A stretch of 29,099 nt of DNA from Pseudomonadota bacterium. Its GTDB lineage: Bacteria > Pseudomonadota > Alphaproteobacteria > Rhizobiales > JAKPQE01. The notes under the pieces were generated by a model. It had not been told where the DNA came from. It was given only the letters and a program-made list of their open reading frames with translations, and did no database searches. The translations under genes were made by a program, and so were the position numbers. The stretch spans positions 1-29,099 of the forward strand of contig JAKPQE010000080.1 in the NCBI GenBank assembly GCA_029572955.1, given 5' to 3'. Position 1 is the stretch's first letter; each line of letters begins with the position of its first letter. This document shows, one piece after another, positions 23,759 to 29,099 of the stretch.

Positions 23759-24297
23759 CCGATCATCAGCGCGGAACCCGGACCGAGGCGCTCGAGCAAG
23801 CGTTCGAGCCGCGGGCGGGGCAGCGCGACGCAGCCTTCGGTCGGGGCAAGGCCGGGCCGGGCGACATGGAGGAAGATGGCGCTGCCGGCGCCATGGACCC
23901 GCGGGCGGATATTGCAGTCGAGAACGACGAGAAGGTCGTAGAGGCCGTCGTCGCGCCACAGGCGTTCGTGCGAGGCGGCATAGGGCAGGGGAACCGGGCG
24001 GTTGTAGTTGCGGTCGCCCGGCGCATCGCACCAGCCGTCGGCCGGGCGAATCGCCCGGCAGGGCAGGCGGGTCCGCGGCCGCCGCAGGCGATCGGCGCGG
24101 TAGAGCACTTCGAGAAGGCGGAAACAGCCGCGCGGTGTCGCGCCGTCGCCCTCGCGCTTGCAGGACGTGATGCCGGAGCGACCGAGGGCACAGGGGAAAA
24201 TGTCGGCGCCGAGGCGCAGCAGGCCATGGTGGACGGCGGCGCCGGGCCGGGCGCCGACCGCGATTTCGGACATTTCGCGCAAGATGCTCGCCGCCAT
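23755..24297 (-). CDS. L,D-transpeptidase (YkuD) fold protein; start uncertain
   Basis: Catalytic-like motif [23 protein letters not shown] (His/Cys pair). No obvious signal peptide from either the ATG at 24295-24297 or the longer track ORF beginning at 24471. Confidence 0.45.
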   Translation of the reverse strand: MAASILREMSEIAVGARPGAAVHHGLLRLGADIFPCALGRSGITSCKREGDGATPRGCFRLLEVLYRADRLRRPRTRLPCRAIRPADGWCDAPGDRNYNRPVPLPYAASHERLWRDDGLYDLLVVLDCNIRPRVHGAGSAIFLHVARPGLAPTEGCVALPRPRLERLLERLGPGSALMIG

Positions 24298-24461
24298 CGG
24301 GGTTTTCCGAAAATTCACCGACCTGCGGCCACGGTATCGGAGCGGGCCGAACCGCGAAAGGCAGGGATGGTCAAGAGCCGAACGGACGATACATAATGCG
24401 CCGCGCGGCCTGGGCGGAATCTGCCGTGTGCCTGCAACCGACAAACCCCGAGGGAAGACAG

Positions 24462-25145
24462 ATGACGGCAAGGCGTATCCTGCTCGTCGACGACGACACC
24501 GAACTTCGCGAGGCGCTGGTCGAACAGCTCGCGCTCTACGACGAATTCGAGACGGTCGATCTCGATACCGCGACGAAGGCCGTGCAATTCACCAAGGCCG
24601 ACCATGCCGATCTCATCGTCATGGATGTCGGGCTGCCCGACATGGACGGCCGCGAGGCGGTGAAGCTCATCCGCAAGAACGGCTTCAAGGCTCCGATCAT
24701 CATGCTGACCGGGCACGCCACGGATTCCGACACGATTCTCGGCCTCGAGGCCGGTGCCAACGACTATGTGACGAAGCCATTCCGCTTCGCGGTGCTGCTC
24801 GCGCGCGTCCGCGCCCAGCTGCGCCAGCACGAGCAGAGCGAGGATGCCGTCTTCACCATCGGCCCCTACAGCTTCCGCCCGAGTGCCAAGGTTCTCCTCG
24901 ACGAGAAAGGCAGCAAGGTCCGTCTTACCGAGAAAGAGACGGCGATCCTCAAGTTTCTCTATCGGGCCGGCGAAAAGGTCATCGGACGTGATGTCCTGTT
25001 GCATGAAGTCTGGGGCTACAATTCCGGCGTGACTACGCATACGCTGGAGACGCACATCTATCGCCTGCGTCAGAAAATCGAGCGCGATCCGTCGAATGCG
25101 GAGTTGCTCGTGACCGAGTCGGGCGGTTACAAGCTCGTGCCCTGA
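24462..25145 (+). CDS. OmpR-family two-component response regulator (receiver plus winged-helix)
   Basis: Receiver ILLVDDD...DLIVMDVGLPDMDG...KPF and C-terminal winged helix (LTEKETAILKFL..., THTLETHIYRLRQKIE, GGYKL). No histidine kinase gene is adjacent. ATG at 24462 with GAGGGA Shine-Dalgarno. Confidence 0.8.
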   Translation: MTARRILLVDDDTELREALVEQLALYDEFETVDLDTATKAVQFTKADHADLIVMDVGLPDMDGREAVKLIRKNGFKAPIIMLTGHATDSDTILGLEAGANDYVTKPFRFAVLLARVRAQLRQHEQSEDAVFTIGPYSFRPSAKVLLDEKGSKVRLTEKETAILKFLYRAGEKVIGRDVLLHEVWGYNSGVTTHTLETHIYRLRQKIERDPSNAELLVTESGGYKLVP

Positions 25146-25189
25146 GAGCCGCGCGCCGGCTCTCGCCAGATGAGGAATCCGCCCATTCC

Positions 25190-25648
25190 ATGAGCCTCGA
25201 CAGCGATATCGCGCTCTTGAAGAAGGTGCCCGTGTTCTGCGATCTGCCGGCGGAGCAGATTCGGGTCATCGCGTTTTCGGCCGAGCCGCTGACTCTCGTC
25301 GACGGCGCGGTGCTGTTTCGGGAAGGCGAGCGGGCGGACGCCGGCTATGTCGTGGTCAAGGGCACGATCGTGCTCGTCGCCGAGGACGGCGTCGCGCCGG
25401 TGCGGGCCGGGCCGGGCTCGCTCATCGGCGAGACGGCGCTGATTCTCGAAAGCCAGCGGCCGGCGACGGCGACGGCGGCGGGGCCGGCCGAGGTCATCCG
25501 CGTGCGGCGGGCGCTGATCCAGCGCATGATGGACGAATACCCCGACATCGCGGTGCGCATGCGCGACCGGATGGCGACGCGGGTCCGTCAGGCGACGGCC
25601 GAACTCGCCCGTGTCGGGCTGCGGCTCGAGGCGCTCGGCGACGAGTGA
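25190..25648 (+). CDS. Stand-alone cyclic-nucleotide-binding (CAP-effector-like) domain protein
   Basis: 152 aa with VPVFCDLPAEQIRVIAFSAEPLTLVDGAVLFREGERADAGYVVVKGTIVL...GSLIGETAL, a cNMP-binding beta-roll signature with no DNA-binding HTH attached. Confidence 0.65.
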   Translation: MSLDSDIALLKKVPVFCDLPAEQIRVIAFSAEPLTLVDGAVLFREGERADAGYVVVKGTIVLVAEDGVAPVRAGPGSLIGETALILESQRPATATAAGPAEVIRVRRALIQRMMDEYPDIAVRMRDRMATRVRQATAELARVGLRLEALGDE

Positions 25649-25694
25649 GACCGGCGACCCGCCGGGTGTCGTCCGCCTGACCGGATCTCTTCAG

Positions 25695-26495
25695 TCAGGC
25701 GAGCGTCGCGATGACCGGAACGTGGTCGGACGGGCGGTCCCAGCCGCGCGCGTCGGTCAGCACCTCGATCGCCGAGATCGAGGAATCGAGCGCCGGGGTC
25801 GCCCAGACATGGTCGAGGCGGCGGCCGCGATCGGCCTTTTTCCAGTCCTTCGCCCGATAGCTCCACCAGGTGTAGAGCTTTTCCTCCGGCGGCACGAAAC
25901 GGCGCATGACGTCGACAAGGCCGCCGGCGCGGCGCGCTTCCTCGAGTTTTTCGGTTTCGACCGGCGTGTGGCTGACGACTTTCAGCAGCTGGCGATGGGA
26001 CCAGACGTCGTGCTCCAGCGGCGCGACGTTGAGGTCGCCGACGACGAGGGCGCGCCGCTCGCCGCCATGGGTCTCGAGAAAGCCGCGGAACTCGTCGAGA
26101 AAGCTCAGCTTGTGGGCGAACTTGTCGTTGATCTCGGGATCGGGCTCGTCGCCGCCGGCCGGGATGTAGAAGTCGTGCAGATCGAACTCGGTGCCGCCGT
26201 GCGAGAAGCGCGCCGCGATGTGGCGGGCGTCGTCCTTGTCGCAGAAACCTTCCTGCCAGGTCTCCACGAAGGGCACGCGCGAGGCGATGGCAACGCCGTG
26301 ATAGCCCTTCTGGCCGTTGACGGCGATGTGGTGATAGCCGAGGTCCCTGAAGGCGCGCGCCGGGAAATTGTCGGTGCTGCACTTGATCTCCTGCAGGCAC
26401 AGGATGTCGGGCGCATGCTCGTCGACGAGGCGGGCGACGAGGTCGATGCGCAGGCGGACCGAGTTGATGTTCCAGGTGGCGATACGCAGGGGCAT
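25695..26495 (-). CDS. xthA: Exodeoxyribonuclease III (AP endonuclease)
   Basis: MPLRIATWNINSVR, ...DILCLQE..., GDLNVAP and the C-terminal SDHVPV motif. Confidence 0.85.
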   Translation of the reverse strand: MPLRIATWNINSVRLRIDLVARLVDEHAPDILCLQEIKCSTDNFPARAFRDLGYHHIAVNGQKGYHGVAIASRVPFVETWQEGFCDKDDARHIAARFSHGGTEFDLHDFYIPAGGDEPDPEINDKFAHKLSFLDEFRGFLETHGGERRALVVGDLNVAPLEHDVWSHRQLLKVVSHTPVETEKLEEARRAGGLVDVMRRFVPPEEKLYTWWSYRAKDWKKADRGRRLDHVWATPALDSSISAIEVLTDARGWDRPSDHVPVIATLA

Positions 26496-27010
26496 TGGTC
26501 TTTCCGCAGGTTCGCAGGTTGGGCGGCGACCCTATCGCGCCTCGGTCCGTACCGGAACCCGGAAGGCGCCGCAAAGAGCAGGGCTGAAACGATTAGCGCC
26601 CAGTCCCGGGGGAGAGACTGGGCGCTGCGCCTGTCGCGCTCGAGCGCTGGGAGGGAAAGCCAGCGCCGGCAGAACCGTCCTCGGCGAGACGGGGGGCACT
26701 ACCGATTTGGTGGGCGGCCCTGCCTGTAGGCTTGAATTGGGACTCGCTAGAACCGATTCAAGGCCCGATCCAAGTATCTTTTCAAAAAAGTTCCAATGTG
26801 CAATAGCAATTTCCGTCGAGACACGCGGCAATGCGCCGGCCTTGCCGTCCGAATGGCCGGGCAGCAGCCAGAGAGCGGTCCGACGGCCTGGGGTTTTTTC
26901 TCCCGAATCAACATCTTGACGACATCGCCCCGACAGCCGGTGCCGCGGCGCCGCCAGGCATAATCCATTCGTTTACCTCGAGCGCCAATTCGTTGCAGAT
27001 CCTGTTCCGC

Positions 27011-27041
27011 AAAAGCAAAAGGCGCCCCTTGCGGAGCGCCC
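27011..27041 (-). terminator. Probable intrinsic terminator of lolA
   Basis: On the - strand: ggcgctcc-gcaa-ggggcgcc (one mismatch) followed by ttttgcttttg, about 30 nt downstream of the lolA stop. Confidence 0.45.
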
Positions 27042-27072
27042 TTGCCTCGTTTGCGGTATTCGCCGGCGCCGG

Positions 27073-27705
27073 TCAGCGGCGATAGTGGTCGATCCAGAAG
27101 AGTTTCGGATCGACGCTCGCACCGGTTTCGATGTTGTAGAGCGCGACCGAGGTCTCCTGGCCTTGCGCGTCCGTCACGGTCCACTGCTTCAGCTCGAAGG
27201 TTTCAGTATCGAACAGGAGCTTGATCTTGCCGGTGCCGAGCGGGGTCTTCTCCTCGACGACCACGGCCGACATGTCGTTCTCGGCGTAGACCTCGAGGAC
27301 CTTGGAATCCTTGGCGAGATCGGCCCTTTCCGAGACGAGGAAGCGCAGCGGCGTCTGGCCGAGCGGGTAGAGGTCCTGGGTCTTCAGCTTCTTGTCGCGG
27401 ATGACCACGGCCTTGCCGTCGGCGACGATCTCGACGCGGACCGGCGGGTTGTAGCGGAAGAGAAGCCGGCCCGGCCGGCTGATGATGAAGGTGCCCTCGA
27501 CGCGCTGGCCGTCGGGGCCGACCTGCACGAACTCGCCCTGCATGGTGGTGATCGAGTTGATGTAGGAGCTGGCCTTGGCGATCACCTGCTCCTGATCGGG
27601 GGCGAAGGCGGCGCCGAGCGGCGTCGGCAACGCGGTCGCGAGAAGCGTGCCGACGAGCGCGGCGCGGGCGGCGAAGCGGCTGAAACGGGTCTTGATCCGG
27701 GTCAT
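27073..27705 (-). CDS. lolA: Outer-membrane lipoprotein carrier protein LolA
   Basis: Signal peptide MTRIKTRFSRFAARAALVGTLLATALP...; mature region is LolA-like (FVQ...G, F..SRPGRLLFRYNPP...I..DGK). The ATG at 27703-27705 has a GAAGG Shine-Dalgarno. The track ORF extends upstream artefactually. Confidence 0.8.
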   Translation of the reverse strand: MTRIKTRFSRFAARAALVGTLLATALPTPLGAAFAPDQEQVIAKASSYINSITTMQGEFVQVGPDGQRVEGTFIISRPGRLLFRYNPPVRVEIVADGKAVVIRDKKLKTQDLYPLGQTPLRFLVSERADLAKDSKVLEVYAENDMSAVVVEEKTPLGTGKIKLLFDTETFELKQWTVTDAQGQETSVALYNIETGASVDPKLFWIDHYRR

Positions 27706-27832
27706 GGTCGAGGCCTTCGGTGGCGTTTCTTCGGGGCCGCAGGGGCGGTCGAAGCGGATTCGTCGGTCGATCGGCGGCGCGGGTAACAGCCTTTCGTGGC
27801 GAAACCGCGACCGCTGCGGGTACGCGTCGAAC

Positions 27833-29099
27833 TCACAGATCGTCGTTGCCGTCGCCGCCGACGAGGATCTCGCGCTTGCCGGCGTGGTTGGCGGCACTGA
27901 TGATTCCTTCCTGCTCCATGCGCTCGATCAGCGAAGCGGCACGGTTGTAGCCGATGGCGAGGCGGCGCTGGACATAGGAGGTCGAGGCCTTCTTGTCGCG
28001 CAGGACGACCGCGACCGCCTGATCGTAGAGATCGGCCGATTCGTCGCCGCCGATCGCGCCGCCGCCCATGTCGAAGGGCGGCTCGCCGTCGTCTTCCTCG
28101 GTGATCGCCTCGAGGTATTCGGGCGCTCCTTGCGCCTTCAGGTGGGCGACGATCTCCTCGACCTCGTTGTCGGAGACGAACGGGCCGTGGACGCGCTGGA
28201 TGCGGCCGCCGCCGGCCATGTAGAGCATGTCGCCCTGGCCGAGCAGCTGTTCGGCGCCCTGCTCGCCGAGAATGGTGCGGCTGTCGATCTTCGAGGTCAC
28301 CTGGAACGAGATGCGGGTCGGGAAATTCGCCTTGATGGTGCCGGTGATGACGTCGACCGAGGGACGCTGCGTCGCCATGATCAGATGGATGCCGGCCGCG
28401 CGCGCCATCTGCGCGAGGCGCTGGATCGCGCCCTCGATGTCCTTGCCCGCGACCATCATCAGGTCGGCCATCTCGTCGACGATGACGACGATGTAAGGCA
28501 GGCTGGTGAGGTCCATCTCCTCGGTTTCGTAGATCAGCTCGCCCGTCTCGCGGTCGAAGCCCGTCTGCACCTCGCGGGTGATGATCTCGCCCTTGGCCTT
28601 GGCCTCGGCGATGCGCGCGTTGAACCCGTCAATGTTGCGCACGCCGACCTTGGACATTTTCTTGTAGCGGTCCTCCATCTCGCGCACCGCCCATTTCAGC
28701 GCCACGACCGCCTTCTTCGGGTCGGTGACGACGGGGGTGAGCAGATGCGGAATGCCGTCATAGACGGACAGTTCGAGCATCTTCGGATCGACCATGATCA
28801 GCCGGCACTGATCGGGCTTCAGCCGATAGAGCAGGCTCAGGATCATCGTGTTGATGGCGACCGACTTGCCCGAACCGGTGGTGCCGGCCACCAGAAGATG
28901 CGGCATCTTGGCGAGGTCGACATAGATCGGTTCGCCGCCGATCGTCTTGCCGAGCGCGATGGCGAGCTTGAGCTTGGAATCCTGAAACTCGACGTGGTCG
29001 AACATCTCGCGCAGAAACACCGTCTCGCGCCGCGCGTTGGGCAGTTCGACGCCGATCGCGTTGCGCCCCGGCACCACCGCGACGCGCGCCGAGATCGCG
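27833..29099 (-). CDS. ftsK: DNA translocase FtsK, C-terminal motor and gamma domains (N-terminus lies beyond the window end)
   Basis: Walker [15 protein letters not shown], Walker [26 protein letters not shown], and a gamma-domain winged helix ([38 protein letters not shown]). The ORF is open to the window edge. Confidence 0.9.
   Translation of the reverse strand, partial: AISARVAVVPGRNAIGVELPNARRETVFLREMFDHVEFQDSKLKLAIALGKTIGGEPIYVDLAKMPHLLVAGTTGSGKSVAINTMILSLLYRLKPDQCRLIMVDPKMLELSVYDGIPHLLTPVVTDPKKAVVALKWAVREMEDRYKKMSKVGVRNIDGFNARIAEAKAKGEIITREVQTGFDRETGELIYETEEMDLTSLPYIVVIVDEMADLMMVAGKDIEGAIQRLAQMARAAGIHLIMATQRPSVDVITGTIKANFPTRISFQVTSKIDSRTILGEQGAEQLLGQGDMLYMAGGGRIQRVHGPFVSDNEVEEIVAHLKAQGAPEYLEAITEEDDGEPPFDMGGGAIGGDESADLYDQAVAVVLRDKKASTSYVQRRLAIGYNRAASLIERMEQEGIISAANHAGKREILVGGDGNDDL

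Noticed and set aside
25673-25701. Inverted repeat ccgcctgac-N12-gtcaggcg between the convergent cNMP-domain gene and xthA
   Set aside because: An 8-bp stem with a 12-nt loop and no T-tract on either side. It also overlaps the xthA stop codon. It is not convincing as an intrinsic terminator and was noted only as a possible weak structure.
26838-26905. SRP (4.5S) RNA or tmRNA in the xthA-lolA spacer
   Set aside because: The GCAGCAGCCA string superficially resembles the SRP domain IV. However, the conserved GGUCCGGAAGGAAGCAGCC core with GNRA tetraloop is absent, no tmRNA tag reading frame (ANDN...AA) was found, and there are no tRNA-like T-loop (GTTCGAATC) sequences anywhere in the window.

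Overview
This is a high-GC (about 65-70%) alphaproteobacterial chromosomal window, Rhizobiales/Caulobacter-like in gene order, densely packed with housekeeping genes and no obvious mobile DNA. Genes on the + strand are grpE, hemE, hemJ, rho, mnmE, mnmG (gidA), rsmG (gidB), parA, parB, a YggS-family PLP protein, an OmpR-type response regulator and a stand-alone cNMP-binding protein. Genes on the - strand are a large SPFH/flotillin-like membrane protein, alkB, dnaQ, coaE, aroE, maf, a DUF299 PpsR-like kinase/pyrophosphorylase, a YyaL-type thioredoxin-domain protein, holA, lptE, leuS, an L,D-transpeptidase-fold protein, xthA, lolA and the C-terminal part of ftsK (truncated at the window edge). 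The order (DUF299)-maf-aroE-coaE-dnaQ diverging from hemE, followed by rho, mnmE-mnmG-rsmG-parA-parB, is the classic replication-origin-proximal arrangement of alphaproteobacteria. The strongest call is that the 419-bp intergenic region at 7211-7629 between the DUF299 gene and hemE is the chromosomal origin oriC: it carries several DnaA-box-like 9-mers and a sharply AT-rich tract just before hemE. Two near-consensus parS centromere sites (GTTTCACGTGAAAC) flank mnmG, one of them inside the rsmG reading frame. Other points worth a look are a C-rich rut-like tract in the long rho leader, a compound GC-rich palindromic repeat cluster after grpE, and a 577-bp structured intergenic region between xthA and lolA that may encode a small RNA. 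The many long ORFs antisense to real genes are high-GC artefacts. No tRNA, rRNA, CRISPR or IS elements were recognised.
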